This document shows positions 1 to 7,361 of a stretch of DNA of 26,007 nt, piece by piece. Under the pieces are notes generated by a model. That model made no database searches. It was not told the DNA's origin and saw only the letters and a program-made list of their open reading frames with translations. The number at the start of each line of letters is the position of its first letter. The stretch's first letter is position 1. The translations under genes were made by a program, and so were the position numbers. Origin of the DNA: Omnitrophica WOR_2 bacterium RIFCSPLOWO2_12_FULL_51_8 (GTDB taxonomy: Bacteria > Omnitrophota > Gorgyraeia > Gygaellales > Profunditerraquicolaceae); assembly GCA_001805895.1 (NCBI GenBank), contig MHHD01000008.1:1-26007 (forward strand), given 5' to 3'.

Positions 1-464
1 AAGGAGAGCGCCACGATCACGATACCCTGCCCACCGATAAACAGGGTCAGGTGCCGCCAGAAGTTATGCGTGTAAGACATGTGGTCTAAATCTTTTACCA
101 GGGTCAATCCCGTAGTGGCAAAACCGGACATAGCGTCAAAGCAGGCATCGAGAAAACTCTGCCAGTGGCCGCTTAAGTATAGCGGTATTGCCCCCAGGAG
201 CATCGCCGCCAGCCAGGAGAGGCTGACCACGATCATCCCCTGCATCCAGTTCAAGTCCTTCTCGGTATAACAGGCCTTGGTTAAGACCAGGCCAAAGAGC
301 AGGGCCACTTCCATAGCGATGACAAAATCCAGGACCGGATTAATCTCGCCAAAGGCCAGGCCGGCTAATATCGGCACAAGCATAGTCAGGCTCAGGCCAA
401 AAATAATCTTGCCTAAATAATACCCGATAATCTGAACGTCTTCGCGGCGAGGTTTCAGGATCAT
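1..464 (-). CDS. trkH: TrkH-family K+ uptake membrane protein, 5' part (runs off window start)
   Basis: Manual translation from ATG at 464: MILKPRREDVQIIGYYLGKIIFG...SFLDACFDAMSGFATTGLT...WRHLTLFIGGQGIV. Hydrophobic, carries the SGF(A/T)TTG selectivity-filter motif, and follows two trkA genes. Not in the ORF track. Confidence 0.92.
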   Translation of the reverse strand, partial: MILKPRREDVQIIGYYLGKIIFGLSLTMLVPILAGLAFGEINPVLDFVIAMEVALLFGLVLTKACYTEKDLNWMQGMIVVSLSWLAAMLLGAIPLYLSGHWQSFLDACFDAMSGFATTGLTLVKDLDHMSYTHNFWRHLTLFIGGQGIVIVALS

Positions 465-577
465 ATTTTGGGGTAAAATATCAGGCAGGCAAGGTACGCC
501 GCCAGCATGATGGCCAGCGCATAGAAAATTTCGCTGGCGATGCCCAATATAGCGTTGAACGTAAGTTTTATCCGCAT
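461..577 (-). CDS. 38-aa single-transmembrane peptide between trkA and trkH
   Basis: MRIKLTFNAILGIASEIFYALAIMLAAYLACLIFYPKI*. Starts 2 nt after the trkA stop, its TGA overlaps the trkH ATG (ATGA), and it fills the gap exactly. Confidence 0.65.
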   Translation of the reverse strand: MRIKLTFNAILGIASEIFYALAIMLAAYLACLIFYPKI

Positions 578-579
578 CT

Positions 580-1242
580 TTAAAGTTGACCGGCCAGTAA
601 ATTCAAGAGCTGCGGCTCATTCCCGATGGTGGTCAGGGCAATCACATCGTCTCCGGGCAGAAGCACGGTACTGCCTTTGGGGACAATCACCTCTTCCCCC
701 CGCACCAGCGAAACCAGCACCGCGTCCGCGGGAAGCTCGATATCCCTGACTTCCTTATTGATCACCGGGGAATCCTCCGGCAGGTCAAGGCGCACGATCG
801 CCAGCTTGCCGCGCTTGAAGCTCATCAAGTTGACGAAGTCCGAGAAGGAAACCTCTTCTTCGATAATTTTGGCAATAATAGTGGTGGAGTCTACCGGCAC
901 ATCGATGCCCAGCTCGGAAAAGGCATGCTCGTTATCGGGGTTGTTCACCCTGCCGACGGTGCGCCGCACATTGAACTTCTGTTTGGCCAGCTGGCAGATG
1001 ATCAGGTTATCTTCGTCATCGCCGGTAACCGCGGCGACCACATCCGCGCGCTCAATCCCGGCCTCTTCCAGTATCCGCGGGTCACAGCCGTCGCCGCTGA
1101 TCACTAAGGCCTCCAGCTCCCGGGCGATCTCTTCGCAGAGATTCCTTTCTTTGTCCACGATACTCACGGTATGCCTGCTGGACAAAAGCCTTTTGGCCAA
1201 AAAATAACCCACCTTCCCCGCGCCGACCAACAATATGCGCAT
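580..1242 (-). CDS. trkA: TrkA-family RCK (NAD-binding) regulatory subunit, single TrkA_N+TrkA_C
   Basis: GAGKVG Rossmann motif, GDGCD, VTGDDEDNL, C-terminal RCK_C domain. Confidence 0.93.
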   Translation of the reverse strand: MRILLVGAGKVGYFLAKRLLSSRHTVSIVDKERNLCEEIARELEALVISGDGCDPRILEEAGIERADVVAAVTGDDEDNLIICQLAKQKFNVRRTVGRVNNPDNEHAFSELGIDVPVDSTTIIAKIIEEEVSFSDFVNLMSFKRGKLAIVRLDLPEDSPVINKEVRDIELPADAVLVSLVRGEEVIVPKGSTVLLPGDDVIALTTIGNEPQLLNLLAGQL

Positions 1243-1296
1243 CTTGCCGCCCCCCTGTTATAGCACCCTGCCAACTAAATAATGCTTCGTTATCTT

Positions 1297-1340
1297 CGCA
1301 GATTAGCGCAGATGAAAAGATACAAGATGATCATCTGTGT
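1297..1340. repeat. Short copy of the CACAGAT hairpin repeat family
   Basis: 1297-1333 matches 17123-17159 at 33/37 nt, then continues directly into the ATCTGTG right arm. Confidence 0.75.
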
Positions 1341-1370
1341 AATAAAAATTGTTATTTTGTAGACAAGGTA

Positions 1371-2015
1371 TTATAGATTAAACTGCGCCCGGACCTTGGC
1401 CAGGCTTTCCACTTTTACTACCGCCATTAACACGTCTTTATCTCTGACCGTGGTCTTGGGCTCGGGGATGATTACCCCCTCCATCCTCCTGATCGCCGCC
1501 ACCAAGAATTCTCCGGCCAGATTGATTTCTCCTACCGCCCTGCCTACAAGGGGCCCTTTGGCTTCAATCTCCAGCACCCCCAGCTCCTTAGTCTCGATTA
1601 AGTAGCTGGAAAAGCGGCTCTCAATGATCTTATCCCTGAGCATCGAGGCAAACAGCACCGTGCCGCTGATGATGTCTAAACCCAGGGCGGCGTAGATATG
1701 CGCCCGCTGCGGGTCGTAGACCCGGGCGATGACCTTGGAGACTTTAAAGATTTTTTTCGCCACCTGCGCCGAAATCAAATTGGTGTTGTCGCCGTTAGTC
1801 ACTGCGCAGAAGGCATCCGCCTTCTCAATCCCCACCTGCCTTAACAGCCGCAGGTCAAACCCGTTGCCGACCGAGGTCAGGCCGTTAAAGGTGCCGCCTA
1901 ACCGCTCAAAGGAACCCGGGCTCTTATCGATCACCACCACGTCATGGCCCTCGCTGGAGAGCAGCTTGGCTAATTCCGAACCCACCCTGCCGCATCCGAC
2001 AATTATAATGTACAT
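1371..2015 (-). CDS. trkA: TrkA-family RCK regulatory subunit (second paralog)
   Basis: GCGRVG motif, VTNGDNTN, RCK_C domain; AAGGAG RBS upstream. Confidence 0.93.
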   Translation of the reverse strand: MYIIIVGCGRVGSELAKLLSSEGHDVVVIDKSPGSFERLGGTFNGLTSVGNGFDLRLLRQVGIEKADAFCAVTNGDNTNLISAQVAKKIFKVSKVIARVYDPQRAHIYAALGLDIISGTVLFASMLRDKIIESRFSSYLIETKELGVLEIEAKGPLVGRAVGEINLAGEFLVAAIRRMEGVIIPEPKTTVRDKDVLMAVVKVESLAKVRAQFNL

Positions 2016-2044
2016 TGTGGCTCCTTAAAAAATACCGTTTGAAT

Positions 2045-2392
2045 TTATTTCTTGGCTATTTCAACGAGCTTTTTAAATGCCGCGCTGTCTCTCACTGCCA
2101 AGTCTGCGAGGATTTTCCTGTCTAAGCCGACCTTGGCTTTTTTGAGGCCGTTCATAAAAACGCTGTAAGTGACCCCTGTCTCCCTGCAGGCGGCATTGAT
2201 GCGGCTGATCCAGAGCCGGCGGAAGGCGCGCTTTTTATTGCGCCGGTCGCGATAAGCGTATTTGAGCGCGTGCATCAGTGCGCGGCGCGCCTGCTGGAAC
2301 TGCTTGCTGCGGTCGCCCCAGAAACCCTTGGCTTTTTTTAATACCTTCTTCTTTCTCCTGCGCGTTGCGGCGCTGTGTTTGATTTTTGCCAT
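2045..2392 (-). CDS. rplT: 50S ribosomal protein L20
   Basis: KKAKGFWG...[23 protein letters not shown]; AAGGAG RBS; follows rpmI. Confidence 0.98.
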   Translation of the reverse strand: MAKIKHSAATRRRKKKVLKKAKGFWGDRSKQFQQARRALMHALKYAYRDRRNKKRAFRRLWISRINAACRETGVTYSVFMNGLKKAKVGLDRKILADLAVRDSAAFKKLVEIAKK

Positions 2393-2409
2393 TGTAACTC
2401 CTTATTTTA

Positions 2410-2565
2410 GGTTACTAAAGGTTACTATACAATAAGTAAAATTGCGGTTTTGTTACTAAGGGTTACTATTGGTTGCTAAAATGCCTGCCGGCATAAGGTA
2501 ACTGTTAGTAACTAAGATACGTTATTTTAACTCGCTTTAGTAACCATTAGTAACTATTGGTAACC
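2410..2565. repeat. Hairpin element with 10-bp periodic arms (GGTTACTAAN / NTTAGTAACY)
   Basis: Units at 2410, 2420, 2451, 2461, 2471; inverted units at 2536, 2546, 2556. 2410-2419 is the exact reverse complement of 2536-2545. Confidence 0.8.
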
Positions 2566-2572
2566 TTGATAT

Positions 2573-2773
2573 TCACCCATACGGCAGCATCCGTTTGATA
2601 TATTGCGCTGCCTTGCCTCCGGCTAAGGTATGCCGCCTTCTTAAAGCCCGCAGCCTCTCCGGCTGCTTAGAGGTATTTAAGTGGCTCTTGCCGCCCGGCG
2701 AATATTTCACCTTGCCTTTCTTGCTCAGCTTGAATCTTTTAGCGACTCCTTTTTTGGTTTTGAGTTTAGGCAT
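2573..2773 (-). CDS. rpmI: 50S ribosomal protein L35
   Basis: MPKLKTKKGVAKRFK...MLPYG; lies between infC and rplT. Confidence 0.97.
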   Translation of the reverse strand: MPKLKTKKGVAKRFKLSKKGKVKYSPGGKSHLNTSKQPERLRALRRRHTLAGGKAAQYIKRMLPYG

Positions 2774-2779
2774 CTTTAC

Positions 2780-2826
2780 CCTTCATAGTTAATGAACACC
2801 GGCCAATCCTATATGGCCGGGTGTTA
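2780..2826. repeat. AACACC(C)GGCCA inverted-repeat element, short copy
   Basis: Left 28 nt match 20695-20722 at 26/28; right 16 nt are identical to 20770-20785. Confidence 0.8.
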
Positions 2827-3330
2827 TTTCGGCGCTACTACGAATGACATTATCCTGCCTTCCATCGACGGGCCGCGTTCCACCTGCCCGTCATTCTGGG
2901 TATCCAGGATAAATTTATCTAGAATTTTTCTCCCCAGGTCCTGGTGCTCCATCTGCCGGCCGCGGAAGAAAAGGTTGATTTTTACTTTGTCTTTTTTCTT
3001 TAAGAAGGATACCGCCTGTTTCAGCTTGGTTGCGTAGTCGTGGCTGTCGATATTGGGCTTCAGCCGGATTTCCTTGAGCCGGCTCTGCTTCTGGTGTTTC
3101 TTGGCCTCGCGCTCTTTTTTTTCCTGGTCGTATTTAAACTTGCTGAAGTCAATAATCCGGCAGACCGGCGGGCTGGCAGCGGGAGCGACCTCCACCAGGT
3201 CCAGTTCGCTCTGGCTGGCTAATTCCAGCGCCTGCTGGATGGGCACTACCCCCAATTGATTACCTTCCGAACCGATCAGCCTTACCTGCGGGACGCGAAT
3301 CCTTTCATTAGTGCGGATAAACTTTTTTAT
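2824..3330 (-). CDS. infC: Translation initiation factor IF-3, probable non-canonical ATA start
   Basis: RTNERIRVPQVRLIG, PPVCRIIDFSKFKY, KEIRLKPNIDSHDY. GGAGG lies 6 nt upstream of ATA (3330); the track's ATG at 3396 adds a non-homologous extension. Confidence 0.93.
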   Translation of the reverse strand: MKKFIRTNERIRVPQVRLIGSEGNQLGVVPIQQALELASQSELDLVEVAPAASPPVCRIIDFSKFKYDQEKKEREAKKHQKQSRLKEIRLKPNIDSHDYATKLKQAVSFLKKKDKVKINLFFRGRQMEHQDLGRKILDKFILDTQNDGQVERGPSMEGRIMSFVVAPK

Positions 3331-3348
3331 GGCACACCTCCTCAATGA

Positions 3349-3435
3349 GCCCGCCATAGTTCTTTGGCGGGCGAATTGATCCCGCGAGTGCGCCAAAATT
3401 ATCGTAGAGAATTTTGGCGCGGTTACGAGCGGGAT
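3349..3435 (-). promoter_or_regulatory. Two hairpins in the thrS-infC spacer (candidate cis-regulatory leader or REP-like repeats)
   Basis: Perfect 8-bp stem GCCCGCCA/TGGCGGGC (3349-3372) just upstream of the infC RBS; 11-bp stem GCGCCAAAATT/AATTTTGGCGC (3390-3420) with an outer ATCCCGC/GCGGGAT stem. Confidence 0.4.
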
Positions 3436-3445
3436 AGATATTCCC

Positions 3446-5188
3446 CTAGCCCATAGGCTTTATTTCTTCCAAGATCTTTTTTACAAACTCCCCTGCTGCT
3501 ATCGTGCCCAAATCGCCTTTTCCTTTTTTGCGCACAGAAACCGTTCCTTGTTTCTCCTCGCGCTCGCCCACCACTAAACAATAAGGAATTTTTTCCAACT
3601 CGGCGAGGCGGATTCTCTTATTTAAAGTTTCATTACGGCTATCCACCTCGGCCCGGATTAAATTATCCCGTAAAACCCCCTGAATATCCACTGCGTATTT
3701 TACGAAGGCATCTGCCACAGGGATCACCACTGCCTGCACCGGCGCCAGCCACAACGGCAGCTCACCGTTATAATGCTCCAATAGCGCCCCGATAAACCTT
3801 TCTAAGCTGCCGAGCAGTACCCGATGCAGCATAATTGGCTGCTGCTTACTGCCATCGGCAGCGATATAGGCCAGATCAAATCTTTTGGGCAGGGCAAAAT
3901 CGCACTGGATCGTCGCGCACTGCCACGACCTTTTCAAGGCGTCCTTTAATTTGACGTCGATCTTTGGCCCGTAAAAGGCGCCTTCGCCGGCATTCACCGC
4001 ATAAGCGAGGTTTTTTTCCTTGAGCGCATCCTCCAGCGCTGCGGTCGCACGCTGCCAGTCGTCCGCAGTGCCGATATATTTTTCCGGCCGGGTGCTTAAT
4101 TCTATACCGACCTCCGTAAAACCAAACGCACGCATGACCTCAAAAACAAAATCTATAATCCCTTTTATCTCTTGGCCCAGCTGCTCAGGCAAACAAAAGA
4201 TGTGCGCGTCATCCTGGGTAAAGCCGCGCACGCGCAGCAGGCCATGCAGCACCCCGGCCTTTTCATTCCGGTAGACCGTGCCCAGCTCAAAGAGCCGCAG
4301 CGGCAAATCCTTGTAACTTCTGGTCTGCGATCTGTAAATCAGGATGTGGCCCGGGCAGTTCATCGGCTTTAAAACGAATTCCTTGCCTTCGATATCCAAG
4401 GCGTACATATTCTCGCGGTAATATTCATAGTGGCCGCTCTTCTTCCAGAGCCCGGCCTGCATAAGATGCGGGGTAATCACCATCTGGTAGCCGCGTTTTA
4501 AGTGTTCCTCTTTCTCGTAATCCTCGATCAACGTGCGCAGCAACGCGCCCTTAGGGCGGTAAAACACCAGGCCCGCCCCCGCCTCTTCATGATAAATATC
4601 AAAGAACCCTAATTGCGGCCCCAGTTTCCGGTGGTCGCGCTTTTTTGCCTCTTCCAGATTTTTTAAATATTCCTCTAATTCTTTTTTGCCGGCAAAGGCC
4701 GTGCCGTAAATCCGCTGCAGCATGGGGTTAGTTTCTATCCCGTGCCAGTAGGCCCCGGCCACGGACAATAATTTAAAGGCCTTGATTTCTCCGGTAGAGC
4801 GGATATGCGGGCCGCGGCAAAGGTCCACAAAATCGCTGCCCGTTTTATAAATGGATACTCTCTCATCAGGAATTGCCTTGATTAAATCTATCTTGTAATC
4901 TTCGTTTAATTGCCGAAATAATTCCAGGGCCTCTTGCTTAGTTAATTCTTCCCGCACAAACGGCTTATCCGCCTGAATAATCTCGCGCATCTTCGCTTCT
5001 ACCTTGGCCAGATCCTCGTCGGAAAATGGCTCCTTTTTGCCTGCACTGAGCGCAGCCGAAGTGTCGAAGTCATAATAAAATCCATCTTCGATAGAAGGGC
5101 CAATGCCCAGCTTGGCTTCAGACCATAAGCCCTTTACTGCTTCAGCCATCACATGCGCACAGGAATGTCGTAAGATATCTAAGTCCAC
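3446..5188 (-). CDS. thrS: Threonine--tRNA ligase (short form without N-terminal TGS domain)
   Basis: RHSCAH editing motif, DLCRGPH, KPMNCP, RVRGFTQDDAH, FYGPKID, QCDF; GTG start. Confidence 0.98.
   Translation of the reverse strand: MDLDILRHSCAHVMAEAVKGLWSEAKLGIGPSIEDGFYYDFDTSAALSAGKKEPFSDEDLAKVEAKMREIIQADKPFVREELTKQEALELFRQLNEDYKIDLIKAIPDERVSIYKTGSDFVDLCRGPHIRSTGEIKAFKLLSVAGAYWHGIETNPMLQRIYGTAFAGKKELEEYLKNLEEAKKRDHRKLGPQLGFFDIYHEEAGAGLVFYRPKGALLRTLIEDYEKEEHLKRGYQMVITPHLMQAGLWKKSGHYEYYRENMYALDIEGKEFVLKPMNCPGHILIYRSQTRSYKDLPLRLFELGTVYRNEKAGVLHGLLRVRGFTQDDAHIFCLPEQLGQEIKGIIDFVFEVMRAFGFTEVGIELSTRPEKYIGTADDWQRATAALEDALKEKNLAYAVNAGEGAFYGPKIDVKLKDALKRSWQCATIQCDFALPKRFDLAYIAADGSKQQPIMLHRVLLGSLERFIGALLEHYNGELPLWLAPVQAVVIPVADAFVKYAVDIQGVLRDNLIRAEVDSRNETLNKRIRLAELEKIPYCLVVGEREEKQGTVSVRKKGKGDLGTIAAGEFVKKILEEIKPMG
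5039..5062 (-). repeat. 24-bp REP-like insertion in frame inside thrS (encodes TSAALSAG)
   Basis: Minus-strand ACTTCGGCTGCGCTCAGTGCAGGC; its first 20 nt match intergenic 15003-15022 at 15/20; it interrupts YYDFD/KKEPF. Confidence 0.65.
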
Positions 5189-5392
5189 TTTACTTTTCGG
5201 AGTCTCTCAACGGTTTTTTTCAGTCGGAAAGTATCTGCAGAAATATTTTTCCCTTTCATCTTATTAAGAGTCTACCACCATTTGCCAAGCAGCCCTAAAC
5301 CGCGCACTAGAAGTTTGTCTCTGCCAGAATTTGATATCCCAGCTGCGATCGGCCTTTTCCAAAGGAACTATTCTTTCCCAAATTTTTCTCAT
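5179..5392 (-). pseudogene. Frameshifted small protein resembling partners of DUF6036-type nucleotidyltransferases
   Basis: MRKIWERIVPLEKADRSWDIKFWQRQTSSARFRAAWQMVVDS then TAA at 5264-5266. Removing one base restores YKMKGKNISADTFRLKKTVERLRKVKWT* ending at 5179. Family resemblance is from recall. Confidence 0.5.
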
Positions 5393-5417
5393 CGTAGCCC
5401 TACCTCAGTCTGTCTGC

Positions 5418-5504
5418 TGAAAGGCGAAGCAGGACATTCTACCTTCAACTACCGCAATTCCTGCGAAGCCATACCTTAGTTTTTCTCGTTGAAAGGCGAA
5501 GCAG
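5418..5504. repeat. 15-bp direct repeat TGAAAGGCGAAGCAG, 72 bp apart, at the tRNA-Val 3' end
   Basis: Exact copies at 5418-5432 and 5490-5504. Confidence 0.6.
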
Positions 5505-5506
5505 AA

Positions 5507-5583
5507 TGGTGGGCCCAAGAGGACTTGAACCTCTGGCCTTTGCGATGTCAACGCAACGCTCTAACCAGCTGAGCTATGAGCCC
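5507..5583 (-). tRNA. tRNA-Val(GAC), CCA encoded
   Basis: GGGCTCA/TGGGCCC acceptor stem, TTGCG-TTGACAT-CGCAA anticodon arm, GGTTCAAGTCC T arm. Confidence 0.97.
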
Positions 5584-5602
5584 ACAATCCAAAAAGTTTT
5601 AC

Positions 5603-5935
5603 CTAATGCTGCCGGCGCGCGGCATAGGCAAAAGGCAAAAAATACCTCCTCCAGGATGCGTCGCTGGAGCCAAACTGATTTGCGCCGGCAAAAAAATCCA
5701 CCAGCGCCTCGCGCATCCGGGCAATCTCTTTGCGCCGGGCTAAGCCCCTTGTGCTGTCTAAAGTTAAATCCGTAAGTTCCAGCGCCCGCGCAAACGCCTG
5801 CCGGCTGTAATCAGAATCCTGCTTTGCCTTCCAGTTCAAAGCCCGCTCTACTTCGCTGCCAATGTTGGCCATCTGTTCCATAAACGGCATTTTGCCCCAT
5901 CTTCCCGCGGCAAGCTCCTTATGCTGCTGGCTCAT
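5603..5935 (-). CDS. Conserved hypothetical helical protein (110 aa), partner of DUF5674 protein
   Basis: GRW...MEQMANIGSEVERA motif; 4-nt overlap with the upstream ORF. Confidence 0.75.
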   Translation of the reverse strand: MSQQHKELAAGRWGKMPFMEQMANIGSEVERALNWKAKQDSDYSRQAFARALELTDLTLDSTRGLARRKEIARMREALVDFFAGANQFGSSDASWRRYFLPFAYAARRQH

Positions 5936-6273
5936 CCTTTAATCCGTCTGTTAATGACCTCAATGACCTTCTGGCGCACGCCTGCGTCATCCACGCCGCG
6001 GCTGCTATTGCCCTGAGAGGGACGCAGATTTATCAAGGAATCAAATTCTATATAGTCATCGCCTTGCTTTTCCGGATAAAGGTTAATCCCCCAAAGGCTT
6101 TTTTGTTTTGAGCCGTCTTCCAAAAGCAACGCTTCCAAATCAGAATGAAGCTCGGCATCAAGCGCAAGCAGGCCCCTCTCAACATCCACAACCGCTTTAA
6201 CTAAGTTCCCAAACATATTCGCGGCCATCTGCTTAAGCTCGTCGTTGCTTATTATCTCAGTGATGATTTTCAT
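5932..6273 (-). CDS. DUF5674-like protein (113 aa)
   Basis: VKAVVDV...DAELHSDLEALLLEDGSKQ..LWGINLYP...IEFDSLINLRPSQGN pattern recognised from recall. Confidence 0.75.
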   Translation of the reverse strand: MKIITEIISNDELKQMAANMFGNLVKAVVDVERGLLALDAELHSDLEALLLEDGSKQKSLWGINLYPEKQGDDYIEFDSLINLRPSQGNSSRGVDDAGVRQKVIEVINRRIKG

Positions 6274-6276
6274 AAG

Positions 6277-6456
6277 CTATAGAAAAAACGGCGCAGATAC
6301 TGCCGCTAATTTCTTCTGTTTCCTGATTAATTTCCTGTTGATGACATATTTTAAATTTAAAGTAACAAAGTTTAGATAATCGCTCATTGACAACTGCTTT
6401 GCGGCAGGAGGCGCCCCTTGCATAATAGGCAATCTTAGCTTCTCTTCTTTTGGCAT
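6277..6456 (-). CDS. 59-aa basic protein, probable partner of the nucleotidyltransferase
   Basis: MPKEEKLRLPIMQGAPPAAKQLSMSDYLNFVTLNLKYVINRKLIRKQKKLAAVSAPFFL*. Starts 1 nt after the NTase stop and ends 3 nt before the DUF5674 ATG. Below the ORF-track cutoff. Confidence 0.7.
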   Translation of the reverse strand: MPKEEKLRLPIMQGAPPAAKQLSMSDYLNFVTLNLKYVINRKLIRKQKKLAAVSAPFFL

Positions 6457-6457
6457 T

Positions 6458-6994
6458 TCAAGTCCTTTCCAATATTTTCCGGTAAAGTTCTTCTGTGCCG
6501 TACTGTAAACAAAGGGTTTTAAAGGCGCCTGTCTGGGCGTCCACTTTATTAACTCTGATCAATTCTATAATATCCGCCAGATCTTTATACTCGCGGATGC
6601 CAGGATTATACTTGATGGCATGCAACTTCAGTGCGATTAAATGATTAAGGCACGGCACGAGAAATTTTTGACCCGCGATATTAGCCTCTTTTGCCTCCTT
6701 AATAATTTTATCTAACGTCTCCCTATCCACAAACATGAAATCAATGTCCCAAAAAAATGGCTTTTCTGCCGACAGCCGGACAAATACCTCCTGCCCATAA
6801 TCCTGCTTAAACCCCTCTTTTTCTAACCGGCTGGCTATTTTGTCAAAATCGTCTTTGGTGATTAAGAAATCTACATCTGCAGTCTGGCGTGTTACCTTAT
6901 GGAAATTCACTGCAAAACCACCGATTAAAACATAAGGTATTTTTTCTTTGCCGCAGACAGCAGAAATTAGATGAAACACGCTTGGGTATTTCAT
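6458..6994 (-). CDS. Nucleotidyltransferase (Pol-beta superfamily, DUF6036/AbiEii-like)
   Basis: IGGFAV...RQTADVD and LIALKLHA...KDLADI motifs. Confidence 0.82.
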   Translation of the reverse strand: MKYPSVFHLISAVCGKEKIPYVLIGGFAVNFHKVTRQTADVDFLITKDDFDKIASRLEKEGFKQDYGQEVFVRLSAEKPFFWDIDFMFVDRETLDKIIKEAKEANIAGQKFLVPCLNHLIALKLHAIKYNPGIREYKDLADIIELIRVNKVDAQTGAFKTLCLQYGTEELYRKILERT

Positions 6995-7050
6995 TTTGCC
7001 AAATTATTTATCTCAACGCCCCCTGCCTCATTTTTAATCCCTTCCGCAAA

Positions 7051-7085
7051 ATCCCAGGCCTTTAGGCCGAGGGGGCTCCACTTCA
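7051..7085. other. Small hairpin resembling an IS200/IS605-type end remnant
   Basis: ATCCCAGGCC-TTTA-GGCCGAGGG. Resemblance to IS605 subterminal hairpins is from recall; no transposase nearby. Confidence 0.3.
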
Positions 7086-7131
7086 TCGTTGTTTAATGTT
7101 GCGGTGATGATTTTCTAGAAGATCCATTTTC

Positions 7132-7207
7132 AGGGTTCGCGTCCACGACTACTCAAGGAAAAACTTACCTTACTTCTCTTCTGACGGTTCACCTAAAAAT
7201 CTGGCGG
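7132..7207. mobile_element. L element copy 4 (att-like cassette end)
   Basis: AGGGTTCGCGTCCAC-39 nt-GGTTCACCTAAAAATCTGGCGG; same 39-nt spacing as copies at 12577 and 13878. Confidence 0.85.
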
Positions 7208-7208
7208 C

Positions 7209-7361
7209 TTACTTCACCGCGTCTGGCGAAATGCGGACGGTTTTGCCGTTTTCCCATACCGCAAGCGGGCGGCCCGTCTTCTTATGCCGCTCCACAACTT
7301 GCCGCACCGCTTTTTTTAACGCCGCCTCTGCTTTATCCTGCAAAGACATCCGTTTTTTCAT
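7209..7361 (-). CDS. 50-aa basic partner of zeta-like ATPase
   Basis: MKKRMSLQDKAEAALKKAVRQVVERHKKTGRPLAVWENGKTVRISPDAVK*. ATGA overlap with the upstream gene; its stop abuts the L element. Confidence 0.78.
   Translation of the reverse strand: MKKRMSLQDKAEAALKKAVRQVVERHKKTGRPLAVWENGKTVRISPDAVK

Noticed and set aside
626-1207. Long antisense ORFs here and throughout (e.g. 4020-4274, 10287-10706, 16366-16872, 19434-19757, 24920-25192)
   Set aside because: They lie opposite or inside well-supported genes and have no recognisable motifs.
2780-2826. TAAC...GTT element as an attC site
   Set aside because: Box spacing does not fit, the right end is GTTCATT, and both copies sit in housekeeping operons.
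3331-3396. N-terminal extension of infC from ATG 3396
   Set aside because: Not IF-3-like and runs through hairpins; the strong RBS points to ATA at 3330.
3349-3435. Firmicute-type L20 leader or T-box
   Set aside because: Hairpins are present but no diagnostic conserved motifs were recognised; a covariance-model search would be needed.
5506-5775. 89-aa plus-strand ORF
   Set aside because: Antisense to tRNA-Val (GPRGLEP is the tRNA reverse-complement signature) and to a real gene.
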